DNA from: Vitreimonas sp.
GTDB taxonomy: Bacteria > Patescibacteriota > Microgenomatia > UBA1400 > PJMF01
Assembly: GCA_035627515.1 (NCBI GenBank)
Contig: DASPLQ010000012.1
Coordinates: forward strand, 650,331 to 714,330
Reading direction: 5' to 3'
Length of the DNA stretch: 64,000 nucleotides
Numbering within the stretch: the first letter of the stretch is position 1; every line of letters starts with the position of its first letter. This document shows, one piece after another, positions 29,990-39,424 of this stretch. The position numbers and the translations under genes are program-made. A model generated the notes under the pieces. The model was not told the DNA's origin. It did no database searches and saw only the letters and a program-made list of their open reading frames with translations.

Positions 29990-32071
29990 TTGCAGTACTT
30001 ACCTAATCTGTTACTATGGATACAGATGTCAACCGTGGATTCATTTACCCAGCGCGTCATGAACATGATTCTGCCAGCAATGGCGATCATAGTCCCGATA
30101 GTGTTTGTGCCGCTGAGCACAGATTTTTTTACCACCAGTAAAAAAATAGTGTTATTGGTGGTGGCTTCGGTAGCAATTTTGGCTTGGACATGGCGCGGAG
30201 TGCTACGTAAAAAATTTGATTTTTATATCAGTCCAGCCACGGCGCCACTCATTATTTTGTGCATTTTATATGGTGTTTCGACGGCGTTTAGAGCCCCCAA
30301 CTTTTGGCTAGCATTAACTGGTGAAACGACACTTTTTTTAACATTAAGTGTGATTTTTTTAACGGTAACGGCTCTTTTAAAAGAGCAGGCGGTGTTAGTC
30401 CGTACCTATCACTCGTTATTACTCTCTGCCTCTGTTGTGTCCCTGATTGTGATACTGCAATTTTTTAAAATTGGCCAGTTACTGACAGCAGTTCCTTGGT
30501 TAGAAACGCCGTTATTTAATCCCACTGGTGGTCCGCTCACCTTTTTATCTCTCAGTGTGCCTCTCATTGCAGCCAATGCTGCTTTCTTGTATCGTCACCA
30601 GCCACGGCCAAAGCCATTTTATTTTCTGACGACCTTATTATTGGTGGTTGCCTCGTTATTAACAGTGGCTTTATTAGTGATGGAAAAGTTGCAACTAATG
30701 CCGTTGACTGCAGCCTGGGTGATTGGAATCGGGGCCTTACAAAATCCTGGAGTGGCATTATTGGGAACAGGTCCCGGCACCTATGCCGATGTTTATACGC
30801 AGCTTAAACCGGCTTTTATGAACATGACGCCCACTTGGAATGTGGTTTTTTCTAGTTCAGTTAATTATTTCTTTCAACTACTCACTACGGTTGGGTTACC
30901 CGCAGTAGCTTTATATTTATATGCCTTAGGGAGCACTCTCGCAGCCGCCAGCCGCCAGCTCACGAAAAACCGATGGCTCAAAGTTTACACGGCTTTGCTA
31001 CTTAGTTGCGTGGGAATGCAACTCATTTTGCCTCCCAACTTAATGTTAATGTTGATAGTGTTCATCAGTTTGAGTTTAGTGACAATTGAGTTAAAAATAA
31101 CTCAGCTCTCTGCAACCCTTAATCCTTTGCAGAGTAGTGCGGCCCAGATGTTGGGAGCGCCGCGGCGCTTTTGGGAGCAACGATTTGGGGCACATGAACA
31201 AAAATTAAGCTTGTTGTTTTGGTTTATGGGTTTGGTGATTACTGGCGGAGTGCTTTTTTATAATTACGTCCTGGCCCGCGCCTATGCCAGTGAGATAGTT
31301 TTTTATCGCTCTTTGCAAGCCGCGGATCAAAACAATGGCACCGCCGTTTATAACCTTCAAGTCCAAGCCATTAACTTAAAACCATATGAGCCCCAGTATC
31401 ATTTGGCATATGCTCAAACGAATCTCGCGTTAGCTGAGTCATTGGCAGCAAAAAGTGAGGTTAATGATCAAGACAAAGCCACTATTACCCAATTAATTGA
31501 ACAAGCTATCCGAGAAGCTAAAACTGCGGTGCAGTTACAACCGACCAATAGTTTGGCGTGGCAAAACCTAGCGGCTATTTATCGGCAACTGATTGGTTTA
31601 GCTGATGGAGCAGATGAATGGACATTGACGGCTTATCAACAGGCTATAGCCTTAGATCCTAGTAATCCTCAGCTACGCCTAGATTTGGGTGGAGTTTTTT
31701 ATTCGGTAAAAAATTATGGTGAAGCTGTAGGCTACTTTACCCAAGCCGCTCAACTTAAACCCGACTGGGCTAATGCCTATTACAACTTAGCAATGGCGTA
31801 TCGCGATGGCGGAGAGCCGCAACTAGCAGTCCAAGCCATGCGTGTAGTAGCCGAACTCATTGATCCTACGAGTACCGAGTATCAACAAGTGCAAACAGAG
31901 CTCAAAGCTTTAGAAGCTGATTTGCCGACAGAAATAACCCCACCTCAGCCTTTACCAGTCAGTGATGACACAGAAGAGGAAGAAGTACTCACGAAGCCTT
32001 CACCATTGCCTTCACCTACTTTGAAAGAGGAAATCGAACTTCCGGCTGATGTAGCCCCAAATTCACCCTAA
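29990..32071 (+). CDS. O-antigen-ligase-like (Wzy_C) polytopic membrane protein with C-terminal TPR repeats
   Basis: At least 10 TM helices, with a periplasmic-loop GIGALQNPGVALLGTGPG. C-terminal TPR-like repeats (AYYNLAMAYRDGG, LAWQNLAAIYRQL). Confidence 0.6.
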   Translation: MQYLPNLLLWIQMSTVDSFTQRVMNMILPAMAIIVPIVFVPLSTDFFTTSKKIVLLVVASVAILAWTWRGVLRKKFDFYISPATAPLIILCILYGVSTAFRAPNFWLALTGETTLFLTLSVIFLTVTALLKEQAVLVRTYHSLLLSASVVSLIVILQFFKIGQLLTAVPWLETPLFNPTGGPLTFLSLSVPLIAANAAFLYRHQPRPKPFYFLTTLLLVVASLLTVALLVMEKLQLMPLTAAWVIGIGALQNPGVALLGTGPGTYADVYTQLKPAFMNMTPTWNVVFSSSVNYFFQLLTTVGLPAVALYLYALGSTLAAASRQLTKNRWLKVYTALLLSCVGMQLILPPNLMLMLIVFISLSLVTIELKITQLSATLNPLQSSAAQMLGAPRRFWEQRFGAHEQKLSLLFWFMGLVITGGVLFYNYVLARAYASEIVFYRSLQAADQNNGTAVYNLQVQAINLKPYEPQYHLAYAQTNLALAESLAAKSEVNDQDKATITQLIEQAIREAKTAVQLQPTNSLAWQNLAAIYRQLIGLADGADEWTLTAYQQAIALDPSNPQLRLDLGGVFYSVKNYGEAVGYFTQAAQLKPDWANAYYNLAMAYRDGGEPQLAVQAMRVVAELIDPTSTEYQQVQTELKALEADLPTEITPPQPLPVSDDTEEEEVLTKPSPLPSPTLKEEIELPADVAPNSP

Positions 32072-32131
32072 AAATTCGCCTTTTCTTTGTCTCGCGGTGA
32101 GTGTAAGAACTCTGTAAGATGTGTACCAGGC

Positions 32132-35100
32132 ATGGAAAAAGATCCACGCAGGAGTATTACGTTTCTCGGTTTAAGCCGCAGCAAGCGCTTGTTTGCTGTC
32201 GGTTTAATTGTGATGGCAGGAATAGCATGGTGGTCGATCCGACCAAACAGGCTTCTCGAGCCCAGTGGTGATCAATTGGCAGTCGCACAGGGAAAAAGCG
32301 TAGGCTCTGGTCGAGTTCTAGGTACTGACACCGAAGAGATTACCCCAGCCACGTTTCAAGTCCAAGTGGCGACAGTGTTCTCAGATGTGGTGAGGATCGC
32401 AGAGTTGAGTGTGGCAGAAGGTTCAGTGTTTGCAGGGCTGGCTGAGTTTCAAGATGAAGTCATCATGCGCGCCAATGCTGAAGTAAGAGGTGATTTAACA
32501 GTTGGTGGGCGGTTAATTTTGAATGATGATGCGTTTGGCAATGACATTGATATCGATATCGAACAAGGCACCATCACTGCTGGCACCGTCACCGCCGATA
32601 ACTTAGTCTACTCAGTTAAAGCTGGCTCGGGCATTTCGGTCAGTGGCACACAGGACGTGACTATTTCCGCCACTGATTTAGGTTCTTCGCAAAAGATTTT
32701 TAAAAACGTTAAAGTCAATAGTGACACCATTACAGCAGCCAATAATGAAGACACCCTCACCCTCAAAAATGGTTCTGGTGTTAACTTATCTCGATCCGGC
32801 AATGAAATTACTTTTGCCAGCGATAACATTAGTGGCTGGGTGCGCTCAGGTAGTTATGTGGCCTTGGTAGATGCTACCACTTCCGTAGGTATTGGGACCG
32901 CTACCCCCACCAATAAACTGGAAATCAATTCCGGTACCACTCACACTTCTGGTCTCACCTTTAGTCAAATGACGTCTGCCTCTACGGTCGGGGTTGGGGG
33001 CGGTAAAGTATTGTCAGTCGATTCTGGTGGCCGAGTGATTTTAGTGCAGGACCAAACGGGTGACACTCCCGATGCAGAATCAGTTTTGCCTTCTACAACT
33101 ACTGGTGGCACCTTATATTTCAATGGCCTGAACTGGGTAGGCAGCACCAATCTCTATCACAATGGTGGTCAAGTGGGTATTTCCACTACACCTGCTGCCA
33201 ACTCACGTTTTCATGTTCTAACGAATGCCGTGGATAAGGTTGGGGCAGTGATTCAGCGCGTTGTTTCTCAGACGGCAAATTTGTTAGAGTTTCGTGATGA
33301 AAATGGTAATGCGCTGAGTTATTTTGATGAAGAGGGCGTTTATCATGGTGAAGCAGAGTTAACGGGCTCGATTACTGGCTCTATTAACCCTGGTTTAGTC
33401 CAAGGACAAGTAGCTTATCAAGGAGCTTCTGCTTTGGCTGGTAGCAACTCATTATTTTGGGATGCTGGTAACTCGCGCTTAGGGATTGGAACTAATGGGC
33501 CTTCTTCTCAGTTACACCTCAACTCAAGTACAGACGGGACAACTACTGGCATTACTTTAGCTAGCCAATACAACACGCTCAAGCTGTATGGCCGAGGTAA
33601 CTCACCAGCTAGCTCAGTTATCGAATCGAGCGGGAGCTTTCCAGGAATCACTTTTAGAACTGGTTCTAGTCCTGCTGATCGTATGTACTTAGATCTGGTT
33701 GGTAAATTAGCACTAGGGCACACTTCACCAGTGGGCTTATTTGATGTCAGTGGCAAGGTCACCGGTAAAGCTCTAAATATTCTTAACGAAACCGGTAACC
33801 AAGATATTTTCACCGCCTCGGCTTCAGGAACTTCACGGTTCACGATTAAGAATGATGGGAGTGTGGGTGTAGGCACAGTGAGTCCAAGTCAGGCCCTACA
33901 TGTAGTTGGTAATTTAGCCGTCGAAGGTGTGGAAACTGGGACAGGAGGCATAGCTGAAAATAGTGGACGCATTAGAGTTGGGAATCGAACTAATGGAGGT
34001 GTGACCACGAAATACTTAGAAATGTGGAGTAACTGGGATACCCCTGTTATTCAAAGTGTTGGATATGGGCAGCCCTTATCTATCACTTCATCAACTGGTC
34101 GAATAAGCATGAATCCTATTAGCTCAGGGGGTACGGCCACTAATTCGAACAATATGATTTTTTTGAGAGTGGGTCATGGGGCAGGGAGTACGAGTAACGT
34201 CAGTCCGGCAATAGCTGGTTCAGGAGGGCTTGGTGTCTGGGCCAGTGATATTAACTCTAGTTTACTGATTATTGATACTTCAACAGCTGGGCATAATCGC
34301 CCTCTGATTGAAGCCAGCGAGGCAACGGTATCTCGTCTCTATTTGCATCAGGATGGTCGGTTAGGTCTCAATAACAGTTCACCAACTGGCACCTTACACG
34401 TTGTGACTGGTTCAACAGCTGGTAAAGCATTGACAATTTTTAATGAAACCGGTGATCAGAATATTTTGACTGCTTCAGCCTCCGGTACCACGCGGATGGT
34501 TTTAACTAATAATGGGCTGTTAGGAGTGGGAACAACTTCTCCGACTTCCAGAGTCCACGTTCAAGGGGATTTAGCCGTGACCGATGGATCTGGTAATCCA
34601 GGTATACTGAGAATTGGTACCAATGAAAAAGGCCTCCTGTATTTGACTGGTAGTACCTTAGCTCTTCAAAGTAATAATTATCCTATTACTATTCAATCAA
34701 TCGGAGGTGCTTTTGGTGGATATATTCGTTTCAATCTAGGTGGAACTGAAGCCATGAGATTAACAAGCGCCGGGAATTTTGGCATTGGAACTACCGCTGC
34801 AACTTCGCCACTACATGTTAACGCTGGGTATGGCTCAAATGCCTTGGCTGCTTTCAATCAACTCAATGGTGGTGACATTCTGACAGCTAGCGCCAGTGGT
34901 ACTACCCGGATGGTGTTAAGTAATGCTGGGCGGTTGGGATTAAACACTCTTACTCCAGGCGCCTTAGGTGATTTTGCCGCTCCTACGAGTACGGTTGGTT
35001 TGATTGTTAGAGCTACTGCTTCCGGCGGACAGAATGCTCAAGAGTGGTACAACAATGGTAATTCTTTAACAGCGGCTGTTAACAATCAAGGTAGCTTTTA

Positions 35101-36394
35101 TACTGGCAGTTGTGCAGCAGTAGGAACTTCAAGTCTATGTGGCTCGCAATTGGCAGTGGTATCAGGTAGTCCAACTCGACCTGGTATTAGTGTGAGCGGT
35201 GCTTCAGGCCAATCCGCAGCACTTTTAAGCTTAACCGGAGCTGGCACCATTGCCGCAGGTACTAGTACCTACATGAACCTGGATCTTTCTGGTTTAGTGC
35301 TTACAACCAACAATCCTACTATTAATGGTTTTAATATTAGTAATATTCCTACTGGCAGCGGCGTAGAAACCGCGATTAAAGTGGGTACCGGTTGGGATGT
35401 AGCGGCAACTTTTGCGTCAGGCAACATTGGTTTGGGCACCAGTACGTTTGGAACGTCGGCTGATAAAGTGCTGGCCATTGCCGGCTCTACTGCGCCCAGC
35501 TCAGCGATCACTGATGGCATTCAACTCTTTGCTGTTGATCAAAGTGGCAGCCACGAGTTGAGAGTTATGGACGAAGCTGGAAATATCACTACGCTTTCAC
35601 CTCACAATTTCAGTTTAATTCCTGAAGGCCGTAGTGAGGATCTAGCTTGGAGTTTTTACTCAGAGCGTAATGGCTTAGCGATTAATGCTGATATGACCAA
35701 AGCCTTGCGGTTGGTAGAAAAACTGAGTGGTGAGCAATTAATTTACTTAAAAGATCTAGACACTAATCAGGACGTCACCCCGACATTTACTCAGGAGTTG
35801 CCTAGCGCTCAAACGCTTTTAGCTGAAGGAGAAATTCCGGCCGTAGCTCGTTGGAGTTATCAATTATGGAGCTTCATTGGTGAAGTGGTATTTGAAAAAC
35901 CAGCACGCTTTTTAGCCTCAGTAGTATTTGAGAATGACGTCAAAGTGGAAGGTTTCATTGAGCAGAGTCCAGCCGCAGCAGGTTGGGCAGAAATAAAGGC
36001 CGGTGACGGTGAAGTGAAAGTCACGTATGCCCAAGCTTACCCCGCACAGCCTGTACTGACTGTGACTCCCACGAAGAGTGGCGTAAAGTATCAACTGGTA
36101 GATGAAACCACCACTGGCTTTACAATTAAACTCGAAGCACCCGCCGCTCAGCTCGAACGCTTTGCATGGCAGGCACAATTTATTACCAGTCCCCAAACCA
36201 CCACTAGTAATGGGGGAAGTAGCCCATCACCTTCACCCACAGCTAGTTCCAGTCCCAGCCCCAGCCCGAGCTCAGCCCCAGTCATTGCCTCGCCATCACC
36301 GACCCCACTTGTCTCACCTGAGCCGAGTCCTAGCTCCCAGCCGGATGCAACTCCAGAGCCGACAGCCAGTGATTCAGCGGGGCTGAGTGAATAA
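32132..36394 (+). CDS. giant membrane-anchored surface repeat protein, tail-fibre-like (paralog 2)
   Basis: 5' leader and first roughly 470 codons nearly identical to the gene at 20821; the rest is divergent but has the same VG(I/V)GT...KAL(N/T)I(L/F)NETGxQxI(F/L)TASASGT repeat family. PS-rich C-terminus. Start placed at ATG 32132. Confidence 0.7.
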   Translation: MEKDPRRSITFLGLSRSKRLFAVGLIVMAGIAWWSIRPNRLLEPSGDQLAVAQGKSVGSGRVLGTDTEEITPATFQVQVATVFSDVVRIAELSVAEGSVFAGLAEFQDEVIMRANAEVRGDLTVGGRLILNDDAFGNDIDIDIEQGTITAGTVTADNLVYSVKAGSGISVSGTQDVTISATDLGSSQKIFKNVKVNSDTITAANNEDTLTLKNGSGVNLSRSGNEITFASDNISGWVRSGSYVALVDATTSVGIGTATPTNKLEINSGTTHTSGLTFSQMTSASTVGVGGGKVLSVDSGGRVILVQDQTGDTPDAESVLPSTTTGGTLYFNGLNWVGSTNLYHNGGQVGISTTPAANSRFHVLTNAVDKVGAVIQRVVSQTANLLEFRDENGNALSYFDEEGVYHGEAELTGSITGSINPGLVQGQVAYQGASALAGSNSLFWDAGNSRLGIGTNGPSSQLHLNSSTDGTTTGITLASQYNTLKLYGRGNSPASSVIESSGSFPGITFRTGSSPADRMYLDLVGKLALGHTSPVGLFDVSGKVTGKALNILNETGNQDIFTASASGTSRFTIKNDGSVGVGTVSPSQALHVVGNLAVEGVETGTGGIAENSGRIRVGNRTNGGVTTKYLEMWSNWDTPVIQSVGYGQPLSITSSTGRISMNPISSGGTATNSNNMIFLRVGHGAGSTSNVSPAIAGSGGLGVWASDINSSLLIIDTSTAGHNRPLIEASEATVSRLYLHQDGRLGLNNSSPTGTLHVVTGSTAGKALTIFNETGDQNILTASASGTTRMVLTNNGLLGVGTTSPTSRVHVQGDLAVTDGSGNPGILRIGTNEKGLLYLTGSTLALQSNNYPITIQSIGGAFGGYIRFNLGGTEAMRLTSAGNFGIGTTAATSPLHVNAGYGSNALAAFNQLNGGDILTASASGTTRMVLSNAGRLGLNTLTPGALGDFAAPTSTVGLIVRATASGGQNAQEWYNNGNSLTAAVNNQGSFYTGSCAAVGTSSLCGSQLAVVSGSPTRPGISVSGASGQSAALLSLTGAGTIAAGTSTYMNLDLSGLVLTTNNPTINGFNISNIPTGSGVETAIKVGTGWDVAATFASGNIGLGTSTFGTSADKVLAIAGSTAPSSAITDGIQLFAVDQSGSHELRVMDEAGNITTLSPHNFSLIPEGRSEDLAWSFYSERNGLAINADMTKALRLVEKLSGEQLIYLKDLDTNQDVTPTFTQELPSAQTLLAEGEIPAVARWSYQLWSFIGEVVFEKPARFLASVVFENDVKVEGFIEQSPAAAGWAEIKAGDGEVKVTYAQAYPAQPVLTVTPTKSGVKYQLVDETTTGFTIKLEAPAAQLERFAWQAQFITSPQTTTSNGGSSPSPSPTASSSPSPSPSSAPVIASPSPTPLVSPEPSPSSQPDATPEPTASDSAGLSE

Positions 36395-36444
36395 TTCAGC
36401 TGCTGCTTGACCCTCTAGATGTTTCTCGTCAGAATAGAGGGGCT

Positions 36445-37170
36445 ATGAATGAACAGCCTCTCATTACTCCTGTCACCGCTCCAAAGAAGAAATTAGCGTG
36501 GAAGACCTTGATTTTTAGAGGTTTATTTTTGATTCTTGTTGTCGCTCTCGCTGCTACCGCATATCTCTATTATCAAACCCGTCAGGAGATTACGTACTTA
36601 ACTACTGAAGCTGGTCAGCAAGAAATGGCTCGTCGCGAAGTAGAAGCTGTCACCAGTCGTTTGAAAAAATTAACCATTTTGCCAGAAGAAGATCCAGTCG
36701 TGGCCACCATTCTCGATCCTGATTACTTAGCTTCTCAATCTGCTTTTTACCAGAAGTCTGAAAAAGGTGACAAACTGGTGGTCTATCCTCAAGCGCAAAA
36801 AGCTTACATTTATAGTCCTGGTCGGGATCTGATCGTCAATGCCGGTCCGCTGATTGTGCAGCCAGAAGAGGGCGTGGAACAGACTTCGCCAGCTGAAAAA
36901 GTGAGTATTGAAGTCCGCAATGGTTCTAATCAAGCCGGGGCAGGTACAGCTTTTTCCCAGCAACTCAACCAAGACGTCTTTACTGTCACCCAAGTGCGCG
37001 ATGCAGCCAATAAAAATTATACTGAAACCTTAATTGTTGTCCGCGACGCTGATATCACCGATGACTCTTTGAGTGGTATAGCTCAGGCCACCAATGGCCG
37101 AATTGTGCGGGAATTGCCAAGTGGTGAAACTGCTTCCACGGCCCAAATTGTGGTCATTATTGGTGGTTAA
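36445..37170 (+). CDS. LytR_C (LytR/CpsA/Psr C-terminal) domain membrane protein
   Basis: N-terminal TM anchor. C-terminus VSIEVRNGSNQAGAGTAFSQQLNQDVFTVTQVRDAANKNYTETLIVV...IVVIIGG matches the LytR_C domain pattern. Confidence 0.7.
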   Translation: MNEQPLITPVTAPKKKLAWKTLIFRGLFLILVVALAATAYLYYQTRQEITYLTTEAGQQEMARREVEAVTSRLKKLTILPEEDPVVATILDPDYLASQSAFYQKSEKGDKLVVYPQAQKAYIYSPGRDLIVNAGPLIVQPEEGVEQTSPAEKVSIEVRNGSNQAGAGTAFSQQLNQDVFTVTQVRDAANKNYTETLIVVRDADITDDSLSGIAQATNGRIVRELPSGETASTAQIVVIIGG

Positions 37171-37184
37171 ATAAGCTAGTATCT

Positions 37185-37826
37185 ATGTCTATCACTGCGT
37201 TCAATCCTGCACATTTATTGACCTTTTATCAGTTAGCCGAAAAACTCAAAACCACGCTCCGCCATAGTTGGCTGAATGACGGTGTGCGTCGTGAAAGTGT
37301 GGCCGAACATTCTTGGATGATGGCCCTACTAGCAATGGTACTGATGCCACACTTGAGCCAGAAACTAGACGCGCTGAAAGTACTAAAAATGATCATTGTT
37401 CATGATCTTGCCGAAGCAGTCACGACCGATCTACCAGTTTGGGAAGGAGTCGTTAATAAAGCTCAGAAACAAGCCGCCGAGCAACAAGCGATTGAGCAAC
37501 TGTTCGCACCCTTAGACGCTGCTACCCGCCAAGATCTTGTTGAAGTGTGGGAAGAGTATGAAGCTCGCCAATCGCCGGAAGCAGTCTTTGTCAAAGCCAT
37601 TGATACGTTGGACGTTATCACCCAACATAATGTGGCACCCATCGAAACCTGGGATGATAATGATTACTTATGGCAGCTATCGCCATTACAGGACAAGTTT
37701 TTTGATATTGATGTAGTTTTGCGGCAGGTTAAGGATGAAATTGATAAATGGTCAATTGAAAAAGTCAGCGCGGTCAATAATTTAGCCAGGCTAGATCAAG
37801 CAGAGCTGAAAAAACGTCTAGGATAA
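37185..37826 (+). CDS. HD-domain phosphohydrolase (YfbR-like 5'-deoxynucleotidase family)
   Basis: HSWMMALLAMVL...IIVHDLAEAVTTDLP carries the H...HD...D metal-binding signature of YfbR/HDDC2-type HD proteins. Confidence 0.7.
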   Translation: MSITAFNPAHLLTFYQLAEKLKTTLRHSWLNDGVRRESVAEHSWMMALLAMVLMPHLSQKLDALKVLKMIIVHDLAEAVTTDLPVWEGVVNKAQKQAAEQQAIEQLFAPLDAATRQDLVEVWEEYEARQSPEAVFVKAIDTLDVITQHNVAPIETWDDNDYLWQLSPLQDKFFDIDVVLRQVKDEIDKWSIEKVSAVNNLARLDQAELKKRLG

Positions 37827-37827
37827 A

Positions 37828-38985
37828 ATGTCTAATACTGCCCCCCAATACTGCCAACGTTTTACCCAGGCTTATGGCGAGCTGAAATCAGGATTTAACG
37901 AAGCTGAGTTTAAAGCACAGCTAGAAGAGTTGTTAACTAATCCTACGCTGGAGTTATATGAGCGCCTTCGCAAACAGTATCAGGAAACGTTGGGGCGAAA
38001 ATTTGCCTTACAAGCTGAGTATGAAGAGCAAGCATGGGAGTTGATGAGAAAATACTTTACAGAGGATAATCCTCAGGATGAGGTTTTTTTCGACAATCTA
38101 GTTTTAGATCCCACGACCAACACCTTTATACTGCAAGGTGATTTTCATAACGAAAACGGTCATAAGTATACTTTTTTCCCAAACTTAATTCGTGAAGTGA
38201 CAGGCAATATTACTTTATTTGACGCTATGACTGAGTTAGGTGGTGTCAAGAGAATTGGTGGTGAGTTGGATTTAGAGTTGAAGGCAGAAAGTGGGGAGAT
38301 GGTTTTTAATGCCCCACACTTGGAGTACGCCTATGCTATTAAAAGTGGTGCTAATAAAGGATGTGTTTTTAATTTTCCTTCACTTACAGAAATTGAGGAT
38401 GAGCTAGAGATTTCTGATTCTGCTCAAATTTTGATGCCTCAGTTACGAAAATGTCCAGATATGTTCATTACTACTCGCAGTGCATTCGAGCTGCCGGAGT
38501 TAAAAACATTGCAAAGTGGAATTATTTCTGCCAGTGATGTCAACTTACCCGCTTGCGAGGAAGTAGTCTCTTTAAAGCTTTTTGGTGGCAATACTGCTCG
38601 AGCACGTTTACCGAGGTTAAAGAAAGCGCCGACATTAACTTTACACAACTTCTTGGGTGCAGATATTCCTGAGCTAGTCACGGTTGGTAATTTGGAAGCA
38701 AATAGATCTAAAGTAAACTTCGCCGCTTTGACTCATATTACTAATGGTTTAGTACTCATCATTGAGACAGATGAAATTGAACATCTGGATGATTATTTCC
38801 CCGCCCTCAAAAGGATTTCCGTCAACCGACCGTTTGATTATGGAGTTAAAGTGGGTGATGCTAATCAAATTCCTCTACTAAAACAAAAGTTTGAGAAAAT
38901 GGGCGTGATGATTGAAGCTGAAATAAAAGGTCCCACTCCTCCAGCACAAAAACCACTCAAACGTAATAACATGAATTGGGGCTAA
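37828..38985 (+). CDS. hypothetical protein with leucine-rich-repeat-like segments
   Basis: 385-aa ORF with periodic Leu-rich stretches (LPELKTLQSGIISASDVNLPACEEVVSLKLFGGN...). No firm domain. Confidence 0.4.
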   Translation: MSNTAPQYCQRFTQAYGELKSGFNEAEFKAQLEELLTNPTLELYERLRKQYQETLGRKFALQAEYEEQAWELMRKYFTEDNPQDEVFFDNLVLDPTTNTFILQGDFHNENGHKYTFFPNLIREVTGNITLFDAMTELGGVKRIGGELDLELKAESGEMVFNAPHLEYAYAIKSGANKGCVFNFPSLTEIEDELEISDSAQILMPQLRKCPDMFITTRSAFELPELKTLQSGIISASDVNLPACEEVVSLKLFGGNTARARLPRLKKAPTLTLHNFLGADIPELVTVGNLEANRSKVNFAALTHITNGLVLIIETDEIEHLDDYFPALKRISVNRPFDYGVKVGDANQIPLLKQKFEKMGVMIEAEIKGPTPPAQKPLKRNNMNWG

Positions 38986-39048
38986 GAGTATATTGGCGAA
39001 AGTCTGGGCTTGTTTTTACTCACCACTTTCCACTACAATTCGTAGTAC

Positions 39049-39417
39049 ATGAAACCAACCTCTAACTTAGGTCCTTTGGAACAAGCCGTGATGGAAGTTG
39101 TATGGCAGTATCATCCGCACCAACCAGTGTCAGTTCGCACAGTGCTGGAAGTATTACGTGAGCGTAAAGAAATTGCCTATACCACCGTCATGACAATCAT
39201 GACGCGTTTAGTGGCTAAAGGGTATTTAACCAAAACTAAACAAGGTAAAAGTTTTTATTATCAGCCCCAACAAAACCAAGAACAGACCTTAAAATCACTG
39301 GTTAAAAAAACGTTGAGTAATTTCATTGAGCGGTTTGGTGAAGAAGCCGTAGCAGCTTTCCTAGATGAAGCCGAAGCGCACCAGCCTAAAAAAAATCGGG
39401 TCAAACGCCGAACATAA
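39049..39417 (+). CDS. BlaI/MecI/CopY-family transcriptional repressor
   Basis: LGPLEQAVMEVVWQYHPHQPVSVRTVLEVL...YTTVMTIMTRLVAKGYLTKTKQGKSFYYQP is a typical penicillinase-repressor winged helix. Confidence 0.8.
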   Translation: MKPTSNLGPLEQAVMEVVWQYHPHQPVSVRTVLEVLRERKEIAYTTVMTIMTRLVAKGYLTKTKQGKSFYYQPQQNQEQTLKSLVKKTLSNFIERFGEEAVAAFLDEAEAHQPKKNRVKRRT

Positions 39418-39424
39418 AGTCTAT

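Noticed and set aside
20766-36394. Prophage interpretation of the tail-fibre-like giant genes
   Set aside because: No integrase, terminase, capsid, portal or baseplate genes and no att-like repeats immediately flanking them. The proteins have N-terminal membrane anchors and PS-rich tails like the host's other surface proteins.
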